Source: the human T2T-CHM13v2.0 reference genome, Homo sapiens. Taken from it: a stretch of 64,000 bases of DNA. This document shows, one piece after another, positions 30,779-48,522 of the stretch. Numbering within the stretch: position 1 is the first letter of the stretch; every line of letters begins with the position of its first letter. The stretch lies in the NCBI RefSeq assembly GCF_009914755.1, contig NC_060944.1. One strand, 5' to 3'. The position numbers and the translations under genes were made by a program. A model generated the notes under the pieces. That model was not told where the DNA came from, searched no databases, and saw only the letters and a program-made list of their open reading frames with translations.

Positions 30779-31361
30779 TGTATCTTTTTATATTTTAGTA
30801 TTTGAGCAGATACATGGAGAAGCTGTTGGGCCATACCATTTGGGTGACACCAACTTATGCTGGAGAAGCCCTTTTTTTAGTTGCATGTGTTTAAGGTGTA
30901 CAAAATTTTGATACCCATATATGTAGTGAAATAATTACTGTAGTCAGTCCCATTAAAATATTCATTTCCTCACATCTCCTTTTTTATTTTCATTTTTTTT
31001 TAGTGAGAACACCTGAAATTTACTTTCTTAGCAATTTCTAATGTATAATACAGTATTCTTTAAAGTATAGCCCTCATGTTGTACATTAAATCCCTAGATG
31101 TATTTATCTTACCTAACTCAATTTTGTGCCCTTTGACCAATATCTTCCCATTTTTCCCACCTCTCCATCCTTGGAAACCACCCTTCTACCCTATGTTTGT
31201 ACGTATTTGACATTTTTGGATTCCACATAATGAGTCATATCATGTAGCATGACTTTTCTGTGTCCAGCATTTATTTCACTAATAATGTCCTCCAGGTTTA
31301 TCCATGCTGTCACAAATTTCAGGCTCCCATCTTTTTAAGACTGAACAACTTTACTCTGTGT

Positions 31362-31547
31362 TTATGTGTGTGTATGTGTATATATATATATATATATATA
31401 CACACATAATATATTTATATATATATGGTGTGTGTATGTATATATATATACACACACACATATACACACCCCCAATGTATATATACAAACAATATATGTA
31501 TAATACACAATATATATACACACACACCTTTTTATATATATATATAT
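31362..31547. repeat. Compound (TG)/(TA)/(CA) microsatellite
   Basis: Seen directly. Confidence 0.9.
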
Positions 31548-31878
<331 letters not shown>

Positions 31879-33468
31879 TAAGGCTGTTCAGTCTTAAAAA
31901 AGATGGGAGCCTGAAATTTGTGACAACACAAATAAACCTGAAGGACATTATTAGGATATATATATATATATATATCCTAACATACATATGTCTGTGTCAC
32001 AATACCTCTATCCATTTATCTATCAAAGGAAACTTGGGTTGTGTCTACATCTTGACCATTGTGAGTAATGCTGCAAGGAATATGGGAGCACGGAATCTTT
32101 TCTGAGGTACTGATTTTGTTTCCTTTGGGTATATACCCAGAAGAGGGATTGCTGGATCATATGGTAGTTCCATTTATAATTTTTTAATAAATCTCCATAC
32201 TGTTTTGCATAATGGCTGTACAAATTTACATTTCCACCAACAGAATACTAGAGTTCCCTTTTCTCTACAACCTCAGCAACACTTGTTATCTCTTGACTTT
32301 TTGATAATAGATATCCTAATGAGCGTGAGGTGATAGCTGATTCTGGTTTTGATTTGCATTTCCCTGATAATTAGTGTTGTTCAGTACATTTGCATATTGG
32401 TTATTTGTATGTCTTCTTGGGAAATCGTCTTTTTAGGTTCTTTGCTCATTTTTAATAGGGTTATATTTTTTTTGCTAATGAGTGGCATGGGTTTCTTATA
32501 TAATTAGAATATCAACTTTTTATTACATATATAATTTGAGAATTTGTTTTCAGACTCCTTAGGATATCTTTCATTTTGTTGATCATTTCCTTTGCTATGC
32601 TAAAGTTTTTTAGTCCAGTGCAGTCCCACATATTTGTTTTTGCTTTTGTTGCCTTAAGCTTTTGGTGTCATATCAATAAATCATTGTCAATACCAATGTC
32701 ATGAAGCTTTTCCTCTGTGTGTTCTTCTAAGAGTTTTATGGTTTTAGGTGTAATGCTGTAATCCATTTCCAGCTTATTTTCGTGTATGGTGTAATACAGT
32801 GGTCCAATTTTATTCTTTTGCATGTGAACACCCAGTTTTCTGATTGAAGAGCCTATCCTTTCCCCATCACGTATTTTGGATGCTCTTGTCAAAAATTAGT
32901 TGACTATGTCTGCCAGGGTTTATTTCTGAGCTCTTGACTTTGCTCCGTTGATCTATATATCTGTTTTCATTCCAGTACCATAATGTTTAGATTATTATAC
33001 ATATGTAATATAATTTGAAATTAGGATGTGCAAAACCTCCAAATTGTTCTTCTTCCTCAAATTGCTTTGGCTATTCAGGATTCATTTCTGGCTTTGTACA
33101 ATTTTTTTTTTTTTGCCTATTTCTGTAATAAAAGTGCCATTGGAATTTTGATAGGGATTTTGTTGAATCTATAGATATCTTTGGATAATATGAGTATTTT
33201 TACAATATTAATTCTTCCAATCCATGAACATAGAATTTCTTCCCATTTATTTTTCTCTTTAATTTCGTTCATCAGTATTTGATAGTTTTTAGTATGTAGA
33301 TCTTTTATCTATAGTTAAATTTCTTACTAAGTATTTTATTTTCTGATGCTATTATAAATGGAATTATTTTCTTTTGGAATAGATTATTTTTAGTGTAAAA
33401 AACACTACTAATATTGTATGTTGATTTTTTATCCTGCAACTGTATTGAATTTGTCTATTAGTCTAATA

Positions 33469-33470
<2 letters not shown>

Positions 33471-33506
<36 letters not shown>
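33471..33506. repeat. (TG)18 microsatellite
   Basis: Seen directly. Confidence 0.95.
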
Positions 33507-33509
<3 letters not shown>

Positions 33510-34699
33510 TCTTAGGGCGTTCTATATATGGGATTATGTCATGTGCAAAGAGAGATAATTTTACTTTTTCCTTCTCAATTTTGATGCCTTTGATTTCTTG
33601 TTCATGTCTGATTGCTTTTGCTAGTACTTCCAGTACTACATTGAATAGAAGTGACAAGAGTGAGCATCCTTACCTTATACCAGAGAGTATAGAGTACGAT
33701 GTTAACTGGAGTTTTTCATAAATGTTCTTTATTACGTTGATACAACTATTTTCTATACTCATTTTGTTGACAGATTTTATCATGAATGGATGCTGAACAT
33801 TGTCAAATTTCTATATTTATTGAGGTGATTATGTGGTTTGTATCTTTTATTCTGCTAATGTGGTATATCACATTGATTGATTTGTGTGTGTTAAATTAGT
33901 CTTGCATTCCAGAGATAAATCCCACTTGCTCACACTGTATAATATTTTAAATAAGTTGTTGAATTTGATTTGCCAACATTTTATTCAGGATTTTTGCATG
34001 TATGTTTATTAGATATTGGTCTGTAGTTTTCTTGTGTTTTTGTCTGGCTTTAGGATCAGGGCTTAATGAAATGGGTTTGGAAATATTCCCTCGATGGAGA
34101 AGTCTTTTCTAATTTAGTTTTCATTAATCACAAACTAATAGCATTTTTAAAATTCTCTATTTTTAAAATTCTCTTTTACTGATGCCTTTTCTGGTCAGAA
34201 CTGGAATGACTATACTGCAAGGGAATAGTTATACACTTGGAGTTTAAATGAATATAAACAATTAGCTGTGCTAATGGCAATTATGCTAAAGTGCACTTCC
34301 ATTATATTCTCATCTGTTTAATGGCAGTTTTCAAAATCTAAATATGTGTAAGGGGCATTTGCCTAGCATGTTTGATTAATTTTATTTTAATAGCAATTAT
34401 CTTAAGTAAAAAAATAATGTAAATCTGTGCTTGATGTCTTCCCAGAGGTTACCAAAGGGTCTTTATACACAAGTGAAATGGGTTTTATACTATTCTGGAG
34501 TCAATGTTCTGTAATCTTGAAATAGTATGCAAATATGCCAGTCCTAGGACACTTGTTTCTATGCATCCAATTCCGGATCTTTTACTTTTTACTGATTTGT
34601 CCTTTAAATTTGCAAATCTAGTCTGTGTTCATTAATCAGCCAATGAACTGATGATACCTTCAGTCATAGTTTTGCGTATGAATAACCCAAGTTTATAAC

Positions 34700-35990
34700 A
34701 TCATTGATTAATTCAGTTAATATGTGGGGCAAGCCTCTCACATGTGCCAGGTACTCTGCAAGGTATGAGGATTGCAACAGTCTCTTGCCTTCACAGAGTT
34801 TCAAATCTGATGACAAAAGTCAACAATATACAAAAAAACAAAAGAGTCTCATCTGTGTTGCAATAAAAACAATTGTCTTAAGCAAATAATTAGAAAGCAC
34901 TTATTCCAGAGCTAGGAGGTCAATGTAGGCTTTTCAGAATAATTAATATCTAGGTTCATACCTGACTGGTGAGTGGAAAGAGTCTGGCAGAGGAACAAGA
35001 AAGAGATGGGCGATGAGAAAGGACAGGAGCTGGGAGTGGCAGGCAGGGACACACTGCAAAAGACATAAGTTAAGTAGGAAACATAATGATCTAGGCAACA
35101 TAGGACAGTGGCCTTACTGAAGTTTGTATCATGGAAATGGAAAAGTGAATGGATTCAAGAGCTATTCAGAAATCTAAATATATAGGATTTTGTTATCAAT
35201 TTAATAAAAGAGAGAGAGAGGAAAGAGTACAGCATTTCTCAAACCTTTCCAAACATAAAGATAACTCAAAATGAGTCTTTAATACATAGATTCTCAGCCC
35301 AACTTCAGGTTTCCTAAATCAGAATTTCAGGGGATTTTGTGTTTAGCAAAGCTGTTGATCAGAAACTATTGAAAAAACTGGAATAAAGGATGATCGTGTC
35401 TTTTACTCGAGCAAATGAATAAAGCTAAGGTATTAACCATTATAAAGGACACCAGAAGGGAGGGACTAGTGAAAGGGATATGGAATGGGTAAAAAGATGG
35501 CATTGATCTTTTGATACATTGTGTTTTAGCAGCCTTCTGGGACCTCAAAAGAGAGATGGCTTGCAGGCAGATGGAGGTGCTGATCCTCAGGGGAGTGATC
35601 TGGTTAAAAGATAAAGCCTTGAGAAGCCAGCAGGTTATAATAGGTGGTTAAAGCCTTGAGAAGCCAGCAGGTTATAACAGGTGGTAGTAAAGGTGGATGT
35701 AGCTGAGGCTGTTAGAGTATGTAGAGTGAGAATAGAAGAGGCCTACAACCATTTAAGTAGAGTAGAAGAAATCTCTGCAAACAACACTGAGAAAGGGCAA
35801 ACAGAGTATTCAGGGAAAAAATAGGTTCGTTGTACCAAGAAAACTTCTCCTAAGACAGGAGAAGAATGTCATTGACAGTGACAAGTTTCTAGTACAGATA
35901 GGAAAGAAAATAAGACATTAATACAGGAAGGAAAATAAGACATTATCTCTTACATTTAGCAGTAAGAAGTTTAATAGTGCCAGAAATGCA
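34700..35990 (-). mobile_element. Fragmented L2 with nested MER5-type hAT element (~35230-35372)
   Basis: ATGTGCCAGGTACTCTGCAAGG..TCTTGCCTTCACAGAG; ACACTGAGAAGGG; MER5-like CAGCATTTCTCAAAC..AAATCAGAATTTCAGGGG. Confidence 0.6.
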
Positions 35991-36008
35991 TTTGAGTTCT
36001 CTGATTAG

Positions 36009-36652
36009 TACAAGAGGCCTTCAAAAAGTTCATAGAAGATGAGTACTATGAGAAAACTATGCATGGATTTTCTTTTTTTTTTTGCACCAAAATTACCTTG
36101 TACTAACTTGTTATAACACATGTGAACAAGATTTAGTTTGAGACACTAAGAAGAATAAGATATCAGTTTGAAAAGCGCCCCTACAGACATAAGATTGAAA
36201 AAAAAAAAAGCCCCTTTTCGGGCAACATGAATTCAGCTAAAATTGAAACAAAAACAAACATCAAATTTGTGGTGAAATTTGTGTTGCAGAATGGTGAAAT
36301 CATTGATGCTTTACAAAATTTCACGAGGACAATGCCCCAAATAAATCTGCAGTTTACAAATAGATAGCTCATTTTAGGAAGGGATAAGACAATGTTGAAA
36401 ATGAAGTCTGTGGTGGCAGACCATTCACATCAATTTGTGAGGAAATGGTTCATCTTGTTTGTTCCCTGTTTGAAGAAGGCTGATGATTAACAGCACAAAC
36501 TATAGCCAAATCCACAGATAACTCAGTTGGCTCAGCTTACATACAATTCTTACTGAAAAGTTAATGTTGAGCAAACTTTGTACCTGATGGGTGCCAAAAT
36601 TGCTGCACCCAGATCAGCTGTAGACAAGTGCAGAGCTTTCAATGGAAGTTTT
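36009..36652 (+). mobile_element. Hsmar2 mariner transposon, 5' half (left TIR plus disrupted transposase N-terminus from ATG 36227)
   Basis: TA-CAAGAGGCCTTCAAAAAGTTCAT terminus; translates MNSAKIETKTNIKFVVK..NGEIIDAL..SAVYK..GRP..WVPK..PDQL as in Hsmar2 transposase. Confidence 0.9.
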
Positions 36653-37022
36653 ATTTTATTTTATTTTTATTTTTAAAATATATTTTTATTAATTTTTTTA
36701 TTGCTATAAGTTATTGGGGAACAAGCGGTATTTGGTTAGGTGAGTAAGTTTTTGGTGGTGATTTGTGAGACTTTGGTGCACCCATCACCTGAGCAGTATA
36801 TACTGCACCCAGTTTGTGGTCTTTTATCTGTCACCCCCTTCCCCTCCTTTCCCCCAGAGTCCCCAAAGTCCATCGTGTCTTTTTCTTAGGCCTTTGTGTC
36901 CTCATAGCTTAGCTCCCACACGTGAGTGAGAACATACAATGTTTGGTTTTTCATTCCTGAGTTACTTCACTTAGAATAATAGTCTCCAATCTTATCCAGG
37001 TCGCTCCGAATGCCATTAACTC
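36650..37022 (-). mobile_element. L1PB1-type 3' end
   Basis: GGTGATTTGTGAGACTTTGGTGCACCCATCACCTGAGCAGT..GAGTCCCCAAAGTCCAT. Confidence 0.88.
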
Positions 37023-37285
37023 AACCTTGAAAAAAATCATGCCATGGCAGAGAAAAAAATATTGGTGCCAGATGGACCATAATAATCAATATATGTTCTA
37101 ATATGTTAGAATTTTGGTAAAATATAATTTTACCTTTTATCATCTCTATTGCCTGTGGCTTCTCATTTTTGTTAAGAAAACCACCGTGAGGAAGTGACAA
37201 TCTCATACTTACTGTTTAGTGCTGTGCTCTGCCACGAGAGGATGATTTTAGACATTATTATTTTATATTTTGGGTGTTAGGGTTT

Positions 37286-37665
37286 TGATATGGTTTGGCT
37301 CAGTGTCCCCACCCAAATCTCATGCTAAATTGTAATTTCCAGTGTTGGAGAAGGGACCTGGTGGGAGGTGACTGGATCGTGGGGGCAGATTTCCCCCATG
37401 CTATACTCATGGTAGTGAGTGAGTTCTCATGAGAGCTGATAGTTTAAACATGTGTGGCACTTCCCCCCGGCTCTCTCTCTCCTGCCACCATGTGAAGAAG
37501 GTGCTTGTTGCCCTTCACCTTCTGCCATGATCATAAGTTTGCTAAGGCCTCCCAGTCATGCTTCCTGTTAAGCCTGCAGAACTGTGAATCAATTAAACCT
37601 CTTTTCTTCTTAAATTACCCAGTGTCAGGTAGTTCTTTATAGCAGTGTGAGAATGGACTAATGCA
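37286..37665 (+). mobile_element. MSTA-type MaLR solo LTR
   Basis: TG..CA termini; TGATATGGTTTGGCT..GCAGTGTGAGAATGGACTAATGCA; 5-bp TSD GGTTT/GCTTT. Confidence 0.9.
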
Positions 37666-38309
37666 GCTTTCTATTGGCACTTTGAACACAAGGTACTTGC
37701 ATGTGCATATATGTATATGGTATATGCATGTACACGCTTACACTTGAGTTTTGATTTATATTCCAGCAAAAGGGTAATAGAGCTATATTCCTCTCATTTA
37801 TCCACTTGGACTTCTTGATAAATGTTTGCTATTAACTAATCTTTAGTAATTCTGTATAATACCTCTATCTCCAACCTACATAATCATCATCATCATCATC
37901 ATTTTAACAATAGCAAGAATTCACCTAAAGAATATTGATTCAAGAACCATGTAATGTGCTTCATATTCATTATATCATTTAATTACTCAATGCACCTCTT
38001 AAGTATTTTACCCCAAAAATTCTTACCGTAGTTATAAAGGAAAAATAACAGTAAATCCTGTCGATATATAAGCTATAAATATATAATCACTATTTATAAC
38101 TTATAAAACCTTCAAAATTCAACCTCCAATAAAACCAGTCATACATTTTGCTGATAAATGTCACAATTTTTAAACATAACATAAAACAAGAACTTAATTT
38201 CCAAACAGGTTTAAATATTAATTTATGGGCACCCTCAAATAATGGCAACAGCTCCTTCCAACCTCTACTATCTCTGCAAAGAAGCTGTGCTTAAATTGCA
38301 AATCATTTT

Positions 38310-38709
38310 CTTAATCTAGTCTATCATTGTTGGACATTTGGGTTGGTTCCAAGTCTTTGCTATTGTGAATAGTGCCGCAATAAACATACGTGTGCATGTG
38401 TCTTTATAGCAGCATGATTTATAGTCCTTTGGGTATATACCCAGTAATGGGATGGCTGGGTCAAATGGTATTTCTAGTTCTAGATCCCTGAGGAATCGCC
38501 ACACTAACTTCCACAATGGTTCACACTCTGGGGACTATTGTGTGGTGGGGGGAGGGGGGAGGGATAGCATTAGGAGATATACCTAATGCTAAATGACGAG
38601 TTAATGGGTGCAGCGCACCAGCATGGCACATGTATACATATGTAACTAACCTGCACGTTGTGCACATGTACCCTAAAACTTAAAGTGTAATAATAATAAA
38701 ATTTAAAAA
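38310..38709 (+). mobile_element. Young (L1PA2/3-like) short LINE-1 with 5' inversion (twin priming), perfect 17-bp TSD
   Basis: TSD AAATTGCAAATCATTTT at 38293-38309 and 38710-38726; antisense part 38310-38521, sense 3'UTR 38521-38709. Confidence 0.95.
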
Positions 38710-39069
38710 AAATTGCAAATCATTTTTATCAACCCATTAAAACAGACTCTCCATCAGGCAGTGCTTGGCCTGCTTCCACTCAGCTTGTCCATGCACTTGA
38801 ACATTAAAGAATCATACAAATCCATCTCTCTATATTACCTTAGAAAGTTTCTCAATATAACGGGAAGAGATAAATTATTTTTTAAGAGCTAGTTGAAGTT
38901 TGAGCTGGTTGAGCTGTAAGGCTAATGCAGAAGTCCTCTTATTATAGAGAGAATTTCTTTTTTTGTTGGGTGAGAAATACAAGGGCTACGTTGGTTATGA
39001 ACATAAGTCCTACTCTCAGGCTAGTCTAACATGAAGAAAATTTAGACAAATCATGTAGTATTCTATTGT

Positions 39070-40262
39070 TATTGCCTCAGCAAAACCACCTCTCACTTTT
39101 TCTGACAATATCCCCAAACTTTATCTGGGGTACCCCTTAACTTTTTATTTCTGTGATCCTGCTGTTTGCCTGCCTAGGGCTGAGGCAGTTACTCGGGCTT
39201 AAGCCATGGCTAACATGGTTGTTTGCATTGGTCATGGTGAGTCCAATAGGAACAAACTTCAGGACTCTTATAGGATCATTGGAAAAGGCCCTGTTTCTTT
39301 CCCACTTCATCGTAAGGAGAAAGCAATGATGATAGTAATAGAAAGAGTAACAGTGCAATAACAAAGAGACACTCTCTATGTAGCAGTCCATGCAGCATGT
39401 AGCACCATGTTAAACCCAATGCGCCTTGTCTCTTCCAACGTTCACAGGGTACTAAGATTTTCCCAATATTACAGTCAGAAAACTGGGCCTAGGTGGGTTA
39501 AATTAATTGCCAGCACTCCACACAGTTTTCTATGACTCCAGAGGTGAGGCTTCACAAGTTACATTGGAGATCCTGGCTTGAGACTGTTCCCGAGATTCAT
39601 AGATATGTCAAAGATTGATAGTAGTTCCAATACCTTTGACTCCACCGAATTCAGAATGAATCAATACATTTTAAAATGCTATCACTTAATATATATGGCA
39701 AGAGATGACAAGTTTGGCAAAATTTCTTTAACATTTAAAAATTTGTCTCACTTGTCATTTTTCTTCCTAGATGAAATCAAATAATTGATTAGACTCATTT
39801 TTGTATTGAAGAAGTGAAAATATAAGCTTTCTTTTGCAATATAGATATGTTTTCCCACAAGACCACATGAGCACTTCTCCTAAGTACAATGGAGAGTTGA
39901 ACCAATCTATTAGATGTCCAGTGTTCTTTAGGTGCCTCTAGTATGAGTTTCCTTTCACCACTGAAGTCTCAATCATAACATGGCCAGTTCACTTCCTACA
40001 TGAACATAGACTATGGGGATTGAGGCTACTGTCCATCACATGGAGCCTAAACATAGAAGCAATACAGAGGAACCAGAATGAAGTCATGGAAAAAGGGCAC
40101 ATGGTCTCAGTCACCACTTGACCCTCTGTACTCAAGTTCTGTGGGAAACCAGCTGTGCTCCAGAACTTTTTGGTTATATGAAACAATTATTCCTTTTTTG
40201 TTTCCTGAGGTCATTTTTCATTGGGTGTTCTGCCACTTGCAAATGTAAACACAATAATACTA
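39070..40262. mobile_element. Ancient MLT1 (J/K/L-like) LTR split in two (39070-39308 and 39999-40262) by the inverted-duplication arm
   Basis: First half ..CATGGTGAGTCCAATAGG..TCAGGACTCTT..; second half ..ATGGAGCC..CAGAGG..TTGGGTGTTCTGCCACTTGCAA; same orientation. Confidence 0.55.
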
Positions 40263-41217
40263 AAGTAGATGGGATTTTGAATCTTGTCCTTTTTGCACAG
40301 GGGAGACAAAAATTTGGAGGCCCCAAATTCTGAAAATAGAAAGCTAAGAATGGAGAAAATTCCTTGGAGGAAGACGAGAAGAGTAGCATGACTTTAGGTA
40401 ACTGGAGAAAGATTTCCTATGGCATGAGGAGAGTGTGGACAAACACATACTTGTAAGATGTCATCTGTTCGGTGCTACTCCAAATTTCTAATGCAAGTCT
40501 ACCATACCCAAGGAGTCTACCTAAAATAGCATTAAAAGAAGAGCACAGTATAGGAAGTGTACTGACCATATTGTGATTGAGAATTCAATGGGGTAAGGAA
40601 ATTCATACTGGAGGTACCCAAAAAACACTGGCCAACTAATAGATTGGGTGAACCATAATTGGGAGAAAGGCTTATGCTGTCTTATGAGAAAATATATCTA
40701 TATTGCAAAAGAAAGCTTATATTTTCATTCTTCAATATAAAAATGAGTCTAATGAGCCTAATCAATTATTTGATTTCATCTAGGAGGAAAGAGAAGTTAG
40801 ACAAAATTTTTTAAGTGTTAAATTTTGCTAAACTTGTCTTCTATAGTATTAAGTGACAGCATTTAAGCATATATTGATTCATTGTGAATTGCATGGGTCA
40901 AAGGTATTTGAACTACCATCACTCTTTGTCATATTTATGAATCTGAAGTACAGACTCAAGCCAAGATTTCCTATGTAACTTGTGAAGCCTCATCTCTGGA
41001 GTCATAGAAAATTGTGTGGCATGCTAGCAATTAATTTAACCCACCCAGGCTCAGTTTGTGACTATAATATTGGGATAATCTTAGTACCTTGTGAACGTTG
41101 GAAGAGACAAGGCACATTGGGCTTAGCATGGTGCCTGGAACAGCTACATCGAGAATGTTTCTTTGTTATTGTGCTATGGCTCTTTCTATTACTATTACCA
41201 TTGCTTCTTCTTTACAT
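39309..41217. repeat. Long inverted repeat: arms 39309-39998 and 40551-41217, ~550-bp spacer
   Basis: CCTTGTCTCTTCCAACGTTCACA vs TGTGAACGTTGGAAGAGACAAGG; CTAGATGAAATCAAATAATTGATTAG vs CTAATCAATTATTTGATTTCATCTAG; collinear throughout. Confidence 0.95.
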
Positions 41218-41699
41218 ATTTAATTTAGGCACAGCTTTGGTGAATTGGGAATTCTGAAACTTTGGATTTTATTCAAGTTATTATTATTAGCTATCCATGT
41301 GACTCTTGGTTCTCTAGACCTCAATCTCTGTATTTCTAAAATGAGAGATAACGAATAGTCTCTTACATGCTTTTCAGGTCTGAAATATCTGGGATGCCTC
41401 ATGGTATCTGTGTATGTGTAGGGTCATGCATCTTTATCTCTCTGCTAGTCCATAGTACCTATTCAAAAAACAACAAAGACACTTGAAATGATGACAACCC
41501 AGTGTCCTTTTTTCAATGTGTTCTTTGTAGTGCGCAGTGTGTTTCGTTCCACATATTTTACCCAAATGTTGGAGAAGCTAATATGTTCACAATAACACTG
41601 TGAATAAATCACAGTCATGATTCAGAGTCAGAAGTTGCCATGAAACTGAAATATCTGCTTCTGTGTTCAGCAGCTATTAATCTGTGCTCCAGGTAAAAG

Positions 41700-46477
<4,778 letters not shown>

Positions 46478-47337
46478 AGCTTCAATTTTCCCTTCTGCCA
46501 CCTCTAGTAAAAAATGTATTAGGCATGCTAAGAAAACAGAAAGAAAGTTGTTTTTTTTTTTTTTAAAAAAAAGGGCAGGATAAAATGGAAAAACTAAGTT
46601 TATGTTAAATTAATTTCTGAAGTAAGCCATCTCTTTGAAACTGCTCCTAGCAACTTTCCATCCCCCTTCTACTCTCCACCTCCAATCCCCAGGCTTTAAA
46701 TAGGATGAAGGGTTAAACCTTTTACTGGTGAAGAAGTATTTATGTGCATTTAGTGAAGAGAGAAAATATTTTATTAGCAGACTGCTGCTGGGGAAAATTG
46801 GTCCTCTTGATATATGTGAGAAAGTAAATGTGTCCCTTTCACCTGAAACTGCTACATCTAAGTCTACTAACTTCAATTGTCTTGACAAAAATGATTTAAC
46901 AAAGTAGAGAATAATAGGGGGACCTAGGAGGAGGATTCTAGAGGAAGGAAAAAGTACTGCAACATCTAGGCCTTAGGCCCTTCACCATGAGAAACCTTAG
47001 AAATGGACCTAAATAGCATCCGAGAGGGTGAGGTACTCTGGGAGATTTGTCTGTGAGAAAATGATAGGTTTCACATTTAATAAGATGCAGTCTTTCAGTT
47101 TCCGCTGAGGCAAGACATAATTTTGTTTTTAGTTCAGTTGGATCATTTCCATCAGCTTGCCAACATGGAATGAGATCCCGTATGGACAAACAAACAAAAA
47201 CAATTCCACGATCCCTGCATTTACCCAACAGTATCTAAGCTTCTGATAAATTCTTGTTAAATGAATGTATGAAACAAAAACATATACTGTGAATTTATGA
47301 AAATGTTAACTAGAATTCCATTTGAAAGTTGATTTGT

Positions 47338-47615
47338 GGTCAGGTGCGGTGGCTCACACCTGTAATCCCAGCAGTTTGGGAGGACGAGGTGGGCGGATCA
47401 CGAGGTTAGGAGTTCAAAACCAGCCTGGCCAACATGGTGAAACCCCGTCTCTACTAAACGTACAAAAAATTAGCCAGGTGTGGTGGCAAGCACCTGTAAT
47501 CCCAGCTACTTGGGAGACTGAGGCAGGAGAATCGCTTGAACCCGGGAGGCAGAGGTTGTGAACCACTGCACTCCAGCCTGGGCGACAGGACGAGACTCCA
47601 TCTCAAAAAAAAAAA
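47338..47615 (+). mobile_element. AluSg-like with a short deletion in the right arm
   Basis: GGATCACGAGGT diagnostic; GAGGTTGTGAACCACTGCAC lacks the usual intervening bases. Confidence 0.93.
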
Positions 47616-48266
47616 TTGTGTTGTTTCTGTTTCTTTCCTTAGTTCTATATTTCTAACGTCTTTAACACTATTGTCAATGAGTAGTGGAATAGTAATTACT
47701 TTACATAGACCAGGAATGACTCTATCCTCTCTTTTTGAATGAGATAGGAAAATGATTTTCTGGAAGTTGGAAAGTGACCTGAAGTTGCAAATTCTGGCCA
47801 GCAGATGTGACCGCTATCTGAAGGTTTGAATTTGTTATCAGCAAGGAAAACTGAGAAAATTCTGTTAGATGTGTTCTGAATAACTTTTTTCCTATCTTAA
47901 AGATCTGTTCTATCAACGCTGGGAGACACAACATGGCAAGACAGCAGATTATTGCACAGAAGGGACTGACTTCTGTATACAGGACACAGAAATGTAGGTC
48001 TCCACATTTTCCTTGTTTATATTGCCTAGTTTATATTGTGCTAGTTTATACTGCCTACCTGTGTTCTGTAGAAAATGAATCTGCCCACCCTTGATTATGT
48101 CAGAGGTGTTGTTGTTTGTAATTTGTTTGGACAAATTCCTTAGCCAATTTCATAAAACAAACAAGTCCAGTAATGTAGGATATATATGGACTTTTAAAAG
48201 TCTGGATGAAATTTCAACAGAAATAAAATGTGGGGCTATTACTCTCCAGTTAAAAAGACTAAACTT

Positions 48267-48522
48267 GCGCGCACACACACACGCACACACACCCACATGC
48301 GCACGCACACGCGCGCACATGAACACACACACGCACATGCACACACAAGCACACATGCACATGCACACATACACACACACGCACACATGTGCACACACAT
48401 GCGCACACACCCACACACGCACATGCACGCACATGCACACGCACGCGCACACATGCAGACGCACACACGCACACACACGCACACGTGCACACACACAATG
48501 CACACACACACGCACACAATGC
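48267..48522. repeat. ~255-bp degenerate (CA/CG/TG)n alternating purine-pyrimidine tract
   Basis: Seen directly. Confidence 0.95.

Noticed and set aside
39309-41217. Foldback or long-TIR DNA transposon interpretation of the long inverted repeats
   Set aside because: No TSD around the whole unit, no transposase remnant, the arms contain ancient MIR-like DNA, and the two inverted-repeat systems are unrelated in sequence.
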